A stretch of DNA of 64,000 bases from Azolla caroliniana (taxonomy: Eukaryota; Plantae; Polypodiophyta). Location: NCBI GenBank assembly GCA_043228905.1, contig JBHGNT010000003.1:9734001-9798000 (forward strand), written 5' to 3'. The notes under the pieces are model-generated. The model did no database searches and had not been told where the DNA came from. It worked only from the letters and a program-made list of their open reading frames with translations. How positions within the stretch are numbered: the first letter of the stretch is position 1; each line of letters begins with the position of its first letter. Both the position numbers and the translations under genes were made by a program. Positions 33,201 through 45,769 of this stretch are shown here, in pieces.

Positions 33201-34925
33201 GTTTCGGTTGTACTCCCTCGAGTTTTCTATCATTTTGGGTCCACCAAGGAAATTTGAGGAAATAACAAAAAAAAAATCAAGGGTATTTCACAAGGTTTGC
33301 TACTAGCGCATGAGAAAACGCAGAAACTCGAGGTTGTTTGGGGAAATAAGGGGAATTCATGGGTACTTCCAAGGGTTTTACCTTTTTCTTACTCTACAAT
33401 CGTTGTATCATATTTTATAGATTTCATCCTTTTAAAAAACCCAACATTCTACCCTTCTTGTCAGCCTCTTTTATTGGAGAATGGACAACTTTTGTGTGGA
33501 TCCTCGGTGGAAAGCTTCATGTCATGGGGAGCATGGGCGGAGGTAACAAATATGGAACTTCCTTCTTATGATAATGTTGAATGAATGTTCTTTCTATTTC
33601 ATATTCATATTATTACAATCAACGTTGATGTCTATAGATTACACACGATTTTGGTGAGACATGGTCCAAACATGGACCCATTTATGTGAAAAATATTCCT
33701 TTCGGAGTCATTCAACCAGTGCCCTACAAAACACAAAACAATACGATCCGATTCTTATTGAGGTCCACGAGGTTTATCGGGAAAGTATGCATTGCCGAGT
33801 CTTTCGATGGAGGATTAACATGGGACTACGTGAGACCAATACAACTCGAAAATCCAAATAGTGGTACATATAATACCCATTAAACTTTGTCACAATAGTG
33901 TTATGTCTTTGCTATGGTATTAAAGAAAACCTTCACCAAAAAACTTATGTAGATTCCCTTAAGGAATCTTTATTATTCTTGTACTTTAACTATTTCTCAT
34001 TGGAGAGAGCTACAAAAATCGTTATATTCATGGATTACATATTAACATTAGGGATATTGAATGTATCGATACTGATATTGATTTAGCAACTTTGCCCAGT
34101 AGATTCCGTTTAACTATGGTGTAGAGCTAAGACATGAGACCAAGGGTTAATATTATATGAAGATCTAGCTACCACATAGTGGATTTTCAAATGGTAATAT
34201 AACAAACTAAAACTCAGAATTTGTCGAAAAAATCAATTTAGGTATTGATGGTGTGAAGCTACCAGACGGCCGTCTAATCCTTCTTTACAACACAGTGTCA
34301 CGTTCTGTTCTTAAGGTTGCAGTTTCTTATGATGATGGTGAGACTTGGAAAGAAGTGTTAACTTTGGAGGAAAAAGAGAATAATGAGTATTCCTATCCTG
34401 CAATCATCCAAGCAAGTGACCAATTACTACATGCGACATACACATATAATAGGACACAGATTAAGGTAAAACCCATTCAACATCTCTTCTAAATTTTTAA
34501 CAAAAATATGCAACTGATTTCCTTTGAGCAAATCTCTAAGGAATGGAAAATTTTGCTGCAATATTAATGGAAGTATATCATAGTATAAACGGGCTCTCTT
34601 ATCTTACAACAATATGTATCAGAAACAACATTTTTGTTTTTTGACCATAGATTTAATCTCATGCCTGATGGAGATAAAACAAAGCCATGCATTCAACCCC
34701 TACATTCTACACTAGCAGCTAGTACAAGTAAATTAGCTTATATAGTGATATTGGAATCTAGGCTCAGAATTAGAGAAATACTTTTAAAAAAAACCACAAT
34801 GAACTCAAATTGGATGTAACACATGCAAGTAATATTAATTTTGATGTTTTGGATAAGAAATAATACTCATATCTACCTATTTCTTTGTGCAGCATCTCGT
34901 GCTTCGAGCTGATCTTCTATTATAA
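30287..34925 (+). CDS. BNR/Asp-box repeat (sialidase-fold beta-propeller) protein, about 402 aa. Exons 30287-30622, 31208-31294, 31571-31698, 33040-33136, 33465-33542, 33638-33863, 34242-34465, 34893-34925
   Basis: [49 protein letters not shown]; Asp-boxes [36 protein letters not shown] introns keep the frame. The start could be 30296. Confidence 0.9.
30661..31120. repeat. (TACA)n-derived compound microsatellite in BNR intron 1
   Basis: TACATACATAACCTACA-type units visible directly. Confidence 0.95.
31770..32340. repeat. Degenerate minisatellite (GGCAAATGTATTGACTTTTCACAAG...ATGGGCATGG units) in BNR intron 3
   Basis: About 8 divergent copies of a 60-90-bp unit. Confidence 0.8.
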
Positions 34926-35389
34926 ACTCGGAGCAAGCAAATGTTGATCTTAACAAAAGAAAGAATTTATAAATGTAAAAGAATCCCTTGTACATACGCT
35001 CTAGAATTGTAATATCGGTAGAATTGTAATATCAGATACCCTTTTCATCAACAAATAATCATTTGAACACATACATAGTATACGATGAGTTCTCGAAAGC
35101 CTCCAAAAAACACTCTCTCAAGTCACATATGATTATGAGACTTTGTAATCCTCTGTAACCTAATGACTTGATTGGCACTGAAGAATAAATATTGTTTTGA
35201 ATGTTCAAACCACATTTTCAAATACATGAGACTTGCTGTTAGCAACAAACTCTTCCAGTTCGATGAACTGATGTAGTAACTAACTCTTCCATTACAACAG
35301 AATGCAGTAACTGATCCTTCTAATCCGATATGACTTCATAATAGTTGTTCTTGTCCAATGACTTGATGTTGCAGACACTTTCACATGAC

Positions 35390-37333
35390 CTAATTTAAAA
35401 GGTCATAATCATCAAGCCTATCATTGTATTGTAGAACTTTCCTTCTTATCTTGGAAGTGTCGACCCATGTAACAAAGTCTTCCATGTTGCGCGTCACTAG
35501 GTAGGCCGGATCAGTAATTGTCTCTGGACCCACTCGTATATCTATAATATAGGGGATCCCTCGTGTGTCATAAAACTGAATTAAAAAACTAGAAACTGAA
35601 AAAGAAGAGGACAAGATGTGAAACGTACGGCCTTGTTCAATAAACGTGACAGCCTCCTGGAGGTTCTCAGCTAAACGGAGCCGTGCCATCACAACAGAAA
35701 GCCTTCGCCTAAAACAACATAACCCCACACAGGAATCTATATATGTGTGTGAGTGTGTGCATATGCACACGTGAGCATGCATGTATACATGTATATGGAT
35801 TAAGTGCATGTATGTTTTGCCTAAAACAACACAAAATCATGTTAAGTGTGGATACAGATATGGATATGCATGATGTCTGATGCATATCATATGCCCATAT
35901 ACATTGTCCACTGTGCATTTATCCATTACACCTTATGCCTTATGCATGATCCATTATGCAATATTTTATACACTATGCATGTCATATGCCCATAACCATA
36001 TGGATATGGATCTGTGTGTGTATGTGTGTCCCTGTGTGTGTACATACCTACAGAAAGACGATACCGACAATTTGTCACACAATGCCAGGCTTTTCTTGCT
36101 TGGAATCACACCCATGGAATACCTGAAAGAACAATGGTTATTTTGCCAATGTTTTTTAACTTTTTATCTTTGATAGGCATGTATATACAGGAACGCATTT
36201 AGAAAAATAAGGACTCACAATTTTTCCAGTAATTGCTCAGTCATCTTTAGTCGGAACGGATCATTTGTATCAAGCTTCCTCACTATACTAACCATTTTTG
36301 TTATCATTCCACATATCTTATTGTACCTAGCATCCATAATGTTTCTTTAGTAAACATATGAAAATATCTTGTAAAATGGTTTGCTTAATATATAAAGAAC
36401 TTAGACATAGTTATGCATATATTTCTATAAGCAATAAGTTGGTAACATGAATCTAGCGAAGATCAAGAGATACGCGTATGCAATAGAACATTTACTATCA
36501 CATTTTCCCTCAAGTTATGAATGAAATTTTCCCAGCTGATCCAAACTTGTAATGGTTTCTTGCAAGTTTTGGCAAAAGACGACTACAGGATGTAATACTA
36601 TTACAGTGTATATATCGGGACAAACTAACAAAATATCAAAAAATCCCTCTTTCTCTACTAGAGTGGAACTAGCTCTCCTTATATTGCTTTCCAGGTCTGT
36701 TTAGCCATACTTGGCTTTCCAATTCTGAGAATCTATCTAATTTATCTATTGATATGTGCATTTCCTTCTTCTTAAGTCTGCCTCCTCTATTAACTATAAT
36801 GGCTCCTTTCTTTTCTTGATTCTCCTTCTTCCTCCTCATATATACTTCAATTTCTCCTCCTCCTACCTCTTCTCAAATAAGTAATCTTGTAGACTTCTTT
36901 CCATATATACATCATTATCTCCTCATATACTCCTGGTGATATATAATACTCCTTTCTTGACTCTTCTTGCAATTACTCCTGTACTACTACTACTACTTAT
37001 TATAATAATTATTATTATTATTCTCATATATGCATCTTCTTAGCTCTTCTTTCTATACATCTTCTTCCATCTCATTACTATTATCCTTCATATGCCCTTT
37101 CCTTCCATCTCTCCAAAAAAAATATCTTGGCTTTCAAAAAAACACACAGAGAAAACAAGAGATAGACATAAAAAGGAAATACGAAGAAGAAGAGCTCACT
37201 GTTTGTAGTCGTCTCTTCCGGTGATGTGATATCGGCGCATGATCAACGCTTCTCTCTGACCCCGCTCTCTTTTCCATTCCAGGAAATTCACCTTCTTCAG
37301 AAGCTTCTGCTCATGATACTTCAGCTTCCTCAT
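35390..37333 (-). CDS. IMP3: U3 snoRNP protein IMP3, 182 aa. Exons 37333-37200, 36326-36219, 36122-36048, 35708-35629, 35541-35390
   Basis: [21 protein letters not shown]...[49 protein letters not shown]. Exon lengths sum to 549 nt. Confidence 0.96.
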
Positions 37334-37619
37334 CTCTCTTCCCTCTCTCTGTCAGTCTGTCTATCTGTCTGTGGGTCTCGCTGGGTCTCTGTGGCTGTGC
37401 CGCTGGACTCCGCTCTGTTTCTTCGTTTGCTCAGAGCAGAGTATATACCCTCCTCCTCCTCCTCATTTGAGCGCTCTTTATATTCTTTATTTCCCCAAAT
37501 GCCCCTGACAGAGCTTCCACTTTATTTATTTCCCCAAATGCCCCTGAGAACTTCCACATTATTCCTTTTCTAGAAGTACCCCTCCCCCCGCCTCTTACCC
37601 TCATCGTTCCCTCTAACCA

Positions 37620-38375
37620 TCGGCAACGGTTCGGTTCGGTTCGGTTTGAGAGGGTCAAAACTGAACCATTTTAACTTTTTTTAAACCTGAACCCGAACCA
37701 AACCACGAAACCGTTAAACCTTTTTCAAACCGTAAAAACCGCGGTTTCATGGTTCGGTTTCGGTTTTCAACTTAGGTCAAAGTTTTTATTTTATTTTTAA
37801 TTTATAATATTTCATTATTTTAAAATTTTAAAATTTTAAAGATGTTGGTAAAATGTGAGAATAAGGTCTAAAAATGAAAAGATTGTTTTAAAACAATTTT
37901 TTAAATTTTATTTAAAAAAATTAAAATATAAAATATAAAAAACCGTTTAAACCATGGTTTCTGACTGTTGAAACCGAACCGAACCATTTTTTTAAAGGGA
38001 AAAGTACCAAGATACCCTTGGAAGTTTGTCTATTTACCAGAATGCCCCTGGAAGTTCCAAATTTACCAAACTACCCCTATGTCCAAAAAATTACACTTTA
38101 TAAAGTATTATACACTCAAATCTTTGATACATAGGGCTAGTTCTTCCATCTTTGGTAAATAGGGCTTGTAGATTTGAGTGTATAATTACTTTATAAAGTG
38201 TAATTTTTTGGACATAGGGGTAGTTTGGTAAATTTGGAACTTCCATGGGCATTTTGGTAAATAGATGAACTTCCAAGGGTATCCTGGTACTTTTCCCTTT
38301 AAAAAACCTAAACTTGAACCGAACCGTTGAAACCGTTAAGTTGTGGTTTCGTGGTTCGGTTCGGTTCAAACCAAA
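37620..38375. mobile_element. AACCG/CGGTT-rich MITE-like element interrupted by a fold-back element
   Basis: Clusters of GGTTCGGTT and AACCGAACC motifs on both sides of 37997-38297. Confidence 0.55.
37997..38297. mobile_element. Fold-back / Mutator-like MITE with about 127-bp TIRs
   Basis: Arms 37997-38123 and 38170-38297 are near-perfect reverse complements (GGGAAAAGTACC...GGTACTTTTCCC), with TTTAAA on both sides. Confidence 0.85.
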
Positions 38376-39372
38376 CAATTGATGTTACTTATTCACCGGA
38401 CAATGAGAGAGAGAGGACACGTAGCTTGAAACCAACACCACCGAGAGTGGCGGCTTAATCCTTAAGCAAGAAACTTTGTCAATCTAATCAAGAATAGCAA
38501 ATAATATGTATGGATTCGTCACATACCTTTCAAAAAAAATAAAACCCCACATTGATATCTTTCTAAAACCATCATTTTGGATGAAATACATCAATAAATG
38601 TTTACGTTCCATAACATTAAATCAATTGTTAATACAGAGGAAGTTTACAGACGTTGAACCACGTGTGTTCTATCTTGCACAACCCATTCATTGATCACCT
38701 ACCTAGATGCATTAGCATTGTCAAGCAGTAAATATCTCGTTGTTTTCACATTTTGCTAGTTGCTTCTGTGTTTGATTGTGCGCATGAAACTTGACTTGTT
38801 GCATTTTCTACTATATATTCTTCTAGTTTGGATGCTTCAAGTAGTCAAATCGCAATAAATGAACATTCAACCCGCATAAGTAGCACCAAACTGCATAGTG
38901 CTAATGATTTTGAGTCATATCAACATGGCAAACACCAAAGTGACCAACTAAAAACACTCTTTCACTTTATCGTACACATGTAGGTTCAATCTTACATGGC
39001 ACAACTTTGTTTGCTCAATATAAGTTTGTCTAGCCTCAAAGGTAGCTAATGAAATACAATCAACATGAACACTTATTTCCACCAAGGTGCTTAGTTTGAA
39101 AACAGGCCTAGTCCGTCCACTTCTTTTTGTGGCTAATCATTTTGAGTCATATCAACATGGATTTCAATTGCATGGGGAAACCCATACACAATCTTCACCT
39201 TAGTGTTTTCAAATGATGATCAAGAATAGAAAACAAGCGTTGCTTGACCTAGTGACTACCCAAATTTGAACCTTGTATGCTAATTGACCCAAACACGAGC
39301 ACATGTAGCATGATCCACAGATGTGGCCATGATCCTGGCCAGGCGCAAATGTGACCATGATCCTAGCCTAGG

Positions 39373-39435
39373 CCCTAGCCCTAGCCCTAGCCCTAGCCCT
39401 AGCCCTAACCCTAACCCTAACCCTAACCCTAACCC
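39373..39435. repeat. Interstitial telomere-like repeat (CCCTAG)5(CCCTAA)5
   Basis: Read directly from the sequence. Confidence 0.9.
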
Positions 39436-40174
39436 AAGCACACACATGCACTAGCACTCAATGTTAATGTGAACCCTCACCCAAGCCGCTCACCCAAGCC
39501 CATGCGGATGTACCCAATGTAAATAACTATGTATGAACTCTTTTCTTTCTTTCTTTTTCATACTTCTATGTTTGTGTTAAAATAACATGATAATCGAAAG
39601 AAAACCTTGCATTCTCAACTACTTCATTTTTTAGCGACATGGCAAAAGTTTACCCTCTCATGTGCAATAATGCTAGATGACATAAATCTACCTCTTCTTG
39701 GGATTTATATGAACTTTTTTTCCCCTCCGGAGGATGTGATTTTCTCGTTAATAACTCTTTTCTAGTAATCAAATGATTTGGGTTCTTCATTGTTACTTCT
39801 TGCGATCAATGATTTTGGGTTTTTTGTGACTTGTTTCAATGCTTTCTCTTCTTCTATAATGTCTTGTGTGAGTGTTTGTTTTGTATATGCAGAGGCACAA
39901 CCCAAATCAGATACACATTCCAAGCACAAAGAAACCCATGAATCCTTATGTGGAGAAGGAGAGAGGATTCTCATTCCACAAGATGAAGAGGAAAAAAGGT
40001 ATCGGGTTGTGGATACCTGCTTAACATGAGCTTTGTCCATTCATTGGCTTTCCTGAAAGAAAGTAGAAAAATGGGCATGGAATTGGTGAAATTGTCCATG
40101 CATGGGCGTATTTCTCAGCACTTTTACTAAAGTGTGGAGATGCTTCAAGGTATCCAAATAATATTTATTCATTC

Positions 40175-42580
40175 ATGAAAAATAAAGGGTTGGAATCTCA
40201 TCTCATACTAGGAAACCCACGGGATGCTGAACAAGGCTTCCATAACTTCTCTCATAAGGATGAGGTAAAATGGAATCACCTGGTCATTGGTTATATAAGG
40301 AGTGGTAAGCTACATCATGGTATTGCCCTATATGATCAACTCCACAAAGACAACAGTTCTATACAACCAAGGGAGCACACCTTTGTTGCCTTACTGAAAA
40401 CTTGCGCAAAGCTCAAAGATAGAGAACAGGGGATTCGATTACATGATCACATTGTGAGGATTGGATTGCTCAATCGAAGCCTTTTTGTTGGAAATGCCTT
40501 GGTTTATATGTATTCGAAATGTGGTTTGTTGGAGAATGCACAGCTTGTTTGCAATATGATCCCCGTCAAGGATGTAATTTCTTTGACCACTTTGATATCT
40601 GGATATGCCGAACATGGACAGGGCAAAGATGCATTAGGTTGTTTCAGACGAATGTTTTTGGAGGGCATCTTCCCAAACTTGATCACATTTATTTGTAGCT
40701 TGAAAGCATGTGGTAGTATTGGAGCAATAAGAAAAGGACTCGAAATTCATGCAGGAATTGAGGGGCTTGAATTGCCTGAACAAGATATTGCCGCCAGTAC
40801 GTCTTTGATAGATATGTATGCTAAATGTGGTTCGCTCGAAAAAGCAAAGGAAGTTTTGTATAGGCTTGGGAATCGAGATGTTGTTGCTTGGAATGCATTA
40901 ATTGTAGGGTATACCGAACATGGACATCATGAAGAAGTTCTCAAGCAACTTGAACAAATGCAGCTTGAGGGCGTTTCTCCTGATTCTGTCACATTAGTTT
41001 CTACTTTGAGAGCTTGTCTTAGAATGGGTGCATTTGTGAAAGGCCAGGAAATTCAGGCAGAAATTGAAAGAAATGGATTTCTTGAAAGAGAAAGAGGGAT
41101 TGGCAATGTGTTAGTTGATATCTATGTAAAGCATGGTTTGCTTGGTGAAGCAAAACGAGTTTTCAACAAACTTCCAGTGCGAGATGTACTTGCATGGAAC
41201 ATGTTAATGACAGGATATGTGGAGCACAGACAAGAGGAAAAGGCTCTAGAGTGTTTTGAAGAGATGCAGTTTCAGGGTGTCCATCCTTCAGCCATAACAT
41301 ATGTTTGCTGCTTGAAAGCTTGTGGCATCTTACAAGCAATAGATAAGGGCAGAGAAATACATGCAGAGGTTGAAAGACAATGTTTACCAAAAAGAAACAT
41401 TGTTATTGGAAATGCCCTGGTAGACATGTATATCAAATGTGGTTTGTGTGAAAAAGCTCATTGTGTGTTTGATAACCTTCAGACCCGAGATGTGGTCACA
41501 TGGACCTCTCTTATTTCAGGATATGCTGACCATGGGAAACCAGAGCAGGCAATTAACCTATTCGAGCACATGATACATGAACATGTCATGCCCAATGCTA
41601 TCACATTTCTTTCGATCTTGAAAGCTTGTAGCGTCATTGGAGACCCCAAGCAATGTGATTATATTCATTCTAAAATCGAAAAACATGGTCTATTTGAGAA
41701 TGACCATGTTCTCAGCACCATGTTAGTTGATGCATATGCTAAATGTGGATCATTCAGTAAAGCACGGGATGTGTTTGAGAAGGTTCCAGTTCAAGATGTG
41801 GTCTTATGGAATACGATGATGTCAGGGTATGTTCAACAAGAGCATCATGAAGAAGCACTCAAGTGTTTCGATCAGATGCATGTTCATGGCATCTCTCCTA
41901 ATGCAGCTACATTTGTTTCCATCACAAAAGCTTGTTGTAGTATAGGTTCCACCAATAAAATGGCTGAAATACATGCCGAGATAGAACGGCTGGGTTTACT
42001 AGAAAAATGTAATGTTGTTGGAAGCTCATTGGTTTATATGTATTCAAAATCTGGAAACTTAACAAAAGCGGAACATGTGTTTCATAAGCTTCCAATTCAG
42101 GATAGGGTCTCATGGACCATACTTATGGGAGGCTATGCACAACTTGGAAATTTTGAGAATATGCTCCTTATCTTTGAGAGAATGCTTGGAGAAGATATTA
42201 AGCCAGATCCAGTTGCTTTTCTTGTTGTTCTTGATACATGTACTCGAGCAGGTTTAGTTGACAAGGGTTACTCATATTTTGAGGCGATGAGCAAGGATTA
42301 TGGCATAGTTCCAACTCTTGAGCACCTTGTATGCATGGTTAATCTATTGGGAAGCCAAGGCCAATTGCAAAAAGCATTAACGATGAGCGAGGAAACATCA
42401 GCTTCTCATAGTCTTGCAGTATGGCGAACGGTGTTGAATGCATGTAGAAATTGGGGAAATGTGGAGTTAGGGAAACAAGCATTTAAACATGCAATGCACT
42501 TGGAAAAGAAGGACACTGTTTCTTATGTGTTCATGTCACTTATCTATGCAAGTTGCTATGATGTAGGAGCAAATGGATAA
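40175..42580 (+). CDS. PLS-class pentatricopeptide repeat protein with E domain, no DYW (801-aa ORF; 5' end may include upstream exons)
   Basis: Repeated ALVDMYAKCG..A..VF / DVV.W..LI.GY / TF...LKAC motifs; E-domain W..VLNACRNWGNVELG..YVFMSLIYA. Confidence 0.92.
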   Translation: MKNKGLESHLILGNPRDAEQGFHNFSHKDEVKWNHLVIGYIRSGKLHHGIALYDQLHKDNSSIQPREHTFVALLKTCAKLKDREQGIRLHDHIVRIGLLNRSLFVGNALVYMYSKCGLLENAQLVCNMIPVKDVISLTTLISGYAEHGQGKDALGCFRRMFLEGIFPNLITFICSLKACGSIGAIRKGLEIHAGIEGLELPEQDIAASTSLIDMYAKCGSLEKAKEVLYRLGNRDVVAWNALIVGYTEHGHHEEVLKQLEQMQLEGVSPDSVTLVSTLRACLRMGAFVKGQEIQAEIERNGFLERERGIGNVLVDIYVKHGLLGEAKRVFNKLPVRDVLAWNMLMTGYVEHRQEEKALECFEEMQFQGVHPSAITYVCCLKACGILQAIDKGREIHAEVERQCLPKRNIVIGNALVDMYIKCGLCEKAHCVFDNLQTRDVVTWTSLISGYADHGKPEQAINLFEHMIHEHVMPNAITFLSILKACSVIGDPKQCDYIHSKIEKHGLFENDHVLSTMLVDAYAKCGSFSKARDVFEKVPVQDVVLWNTMMSGYVQQEHHEEALKCFDQMHVHGISPNAATFVSITKACCSIGSTNKMAEIHAEIERLGLLEKCNVVGSSLVYMYSKSGNLTKAEHVFHKLPIQDRVSWTILMGGYAQLGNFENMLLIFERMLGEDIKPDPVAFLVVLDTCTRAGLVDKGYSYFEAMSKDYGIVPTLEHLVCMVNLLGSQGQLQKALTMSEETSASHSLAVWRTVLNACRNWGNVELGKQAFKHAMHLEKKDTVSYVFMSLIYASCYDVGANG

Positions 42581-43630
42581 TTGGATGTATTTTAAGCATG
42601 AGTTAGTCATATTTATTGAAAATTTGAGAGGTATATGCTGGGATATGTGCAAGGTGCAACTTGATTTGAGTGTCCAATCAAGCCTCTTATCAAGATGATA
42701 CCACGGAACTGCATCACATTGATAAATTCCTTCTTTGCCTTTGGACATGTTCTGAAGAACAATTTAGTCAATTCAAATGGGACAACTGAACTGGGTCGTT
42801 TGGTACATGTCATCATCCATCCCAGTCAACTTGGGTGGGTGAGAAGGAAAATCATCCTACTTATGTAACCAACAATAGCTAGTGTAATACATAAAATGAA
42901 ATTCTGAACACGATAGCTTGTGTCTTGTTGAAGTCAATAATATATAAATTGTGATTCTTGGAGACAATTTAGCCCAGCAACATTGTGAACTGCAACAAAA
43001 CCACATTTATTTGAGTTCAAATTCAATTGAGCTTTTCAATTGTGTGAGTCACAAGCTGATAGCGTTCATCCGTTATGTTGAATAGTTTAAAATTATCCAA
43101 GGACGCCTCCATAAATGTCAAGATGAATTTTTAAGAAATTGTAATATGCGTGTGGCATTCTTGTCAGGCCGAATATAATCACAATAGCAACAGATACATG
43201 CTGCAATCTCACATGGGAAACTGTTTGTCCAATCTCAAGGTTGGTGAGTTTGATTCATGCTATGGGTGTGCTCATACTACTATATGCATAGAATGTAGAC
43301 TTGTATTTAGCAGGGAGCGGAATTGAATTTTCGAGGTGGCTTAGAAGTCAAGGGCATAAATCTCTAGGTCCATGATAATAATACAAAATGTGTTCAAAAT
43401 TTTGCCTTAATTAATTGATTGGTAAAATTATGGAAGATGTCATATTTCATTGTTTCTTGCAATCATATAGCTCACAACACTTATTACATGGTAACTACAT
43501 CCATATAACCATCAACAAAGATTCTCCATTTCACAAGTTGGATTTGAGATTGGAAATGGGCAACAACTTGTCATATTGTATTGGCACATGGGGTGAATAA
43601 TGACGGTATAAATGGTTTCTTGTTGAGTCA

Positions 43631-43963
43631 GAGCATGAGAACATCTCCTAGCATATGAGCTCAATTGGAAAGAGAGTTTTGCTGATAACAAGGTCACATG
43701 TTAAAAACGTGCGTGCACCAAAAGTGGGAGTTTTGATGGTATAATGAGCATCAGAACATCCCCTGGCATGCTAGCTCAATTGGAAAGAGAGTTTTGCGGA
43801 TAACAAGGTCACATGTTCAAAACGTGTGTGCACCAAAAGTGGGAGTTTTGATGGTATAATGAGCATAAGAACATCCCCTGGCATGCTAGCTCAATTGGAA
43901 AAAGAGTTTTGTTGATAACAAGGTCACATGTACAAAACCTGCCTTCACCAAAAGTGGGGGGTT
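43631..43963 (+). repeat. Three tandem 115-bp units, each with a 71-nt tRNA-Ile-like pseudogene (43650-43720, 43765-43835, 43880-43950)
   Basis: 115-bp period; A-box TAGCTCAATTGG; anticodon loop with GAT; T-arm ACATG-TTCAAAA-CGTGT; 3' ACCA. Confidence 0.7.
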
Positions 43964-45769
43964 TACAATAAGATAAAAATTGATAAGTTCATACAAACCT
44001 GTTAACTGAGTGAGACATCTTCATAAATTAGCACCAAAGCTAATTTTTGTCTTTTTTTTCTCGAAGGGCTAAAGCAATTCAGCTACCCTTTGTGATAAAC
44101 CTTGTAAGGTTGAAGAGAGCACATTCTCCGATCTAATAGTTTTTTAATCTCTTCTAATCTTCTTTCCCCTAATTATTGTTTCTCCATTTTGAAGGTTTTC
44201 CTAGTTGGTAATATGTACTAAAAATGCTTATAACATCATTGAAGTTTGACCCAAACTAAGCCTTATCCAAAGACAAGTAAGAGTCCTAAGAGAATTTTTG
44301 ACATCATAGGAACAAAATCCAAACGATGAATGTTTATCTGGGTATGTCGACCGCATTGCACAGGCACTCCAAAGATCACAAGTTCAAAGCCATTAATATG
44401 GTAACCTGAAAAAGGGAGAATGTATATTAGATAATCCAGATCGTAACATGGCATGGAAATTTTGATAAGAATCCATACATATCTATAAATGTGTACATGC
44501 ATGAGAGCAAAAACCATTCATGTTGTGCTGAGAAATAAAACCCTACTGACAATACAATAAGCATGTGTGTACATACATATACATGTATACCATTTTCCGA
44601 GACATTTCGCATATGACCTTTTTTGTTTGCTCTTGTTTCGGTCTCTGCCTTCATTTTTCACAATACTCCGCAAAATTGAAACCTCGCTATGAATGTGAAT
44701 CTGTTTCATCTGGCAAGAAAAAAATGGTGATCATCGAAGCTTTTTATACTATAATATCAAAATGAGGAGACAAAAAATTAGGGGAAATACAAATGACGAC
44801 ATTCAGTGGTAAAAGTTATGCGCACTCATGAATTGTAAAAACTTGGAATCATAACATAATGCTTTAAATATGCTAACATCAGGCAAAGGTAGTTGATACT
44901 CCAAACTGAGCAAAATAGAAATTTAGTATATCAATAAGCAATGAGAATGTGTCTAAGATGATTCATCATGACGATAAAAGTTGCAATCATTAGAAGAGTC
45001 AAAAGATGTATGTTTATATCAGAAGTCAATGCATAAAAATAAAATAAGAGTTCAACAGTGCAACTAGTCAAAGAAGGTAATGGAATAGAAATGGCGTTTT
45101 GATAAGTACCTTGGGAAAATTAGTTCATATTCAAATTTTGAGTCAAATCAATTCCATGAATGCATCAGATTGATGCATAACTCATGTTCTCATATTTCCT
45201 TGGATCTCTAGCCCATTTATTAGTAGTTTCCAGCTTTGAGCACTCTCTTTTATCATCATAAACTGAGCAAACATGCAAATTCTTCTCCGATATGAGACAC
45301 ATGTTTTAGACGTAATTAATCCATTCTTGGGTTTCATTGGCCAAGTCTGACCTGTGTGCAATAGAGAGAAGTAACCATTTGGCCATCATTTCTTCTGCTG
45401 TTCTCCAAGATGAGACAATATTTTCAAACAAGACCACATTAGGAGCTCAATGGACATTCTTTCCTATAAACATAGAGAATAATCGATAGTCTTCGTTTCC
45501 TTATGTTCTCAAAGATAACATAACCTTTCATATGTAAATTCTTGTAAGGTGTCCACAGCCATTCTATGACCTATTAGCATTATATAAGTTGTCATTTGGC
45601 CCCTTAAACAACACTTTCAGATGTAATATCTTGTTGGTGCCATTAATGCCATTATGATGTATCTGCATAGAGAAATAGCATTTGTGACCCTCATTTGTTT
45701 CTATTATTCTCTAAGACGAGACAAACTATTTCTGATGTAATCTTGTGGCATGTTTAATTCAAGAGATGT

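Noticed and set aside
43631-43963. CRISPR-like array (also the 30-bp repeats at 50725-50862)
   Set aside because: Whole units are repeated with no unique spacers, there are no cas genes, and the context is eukaryotic.
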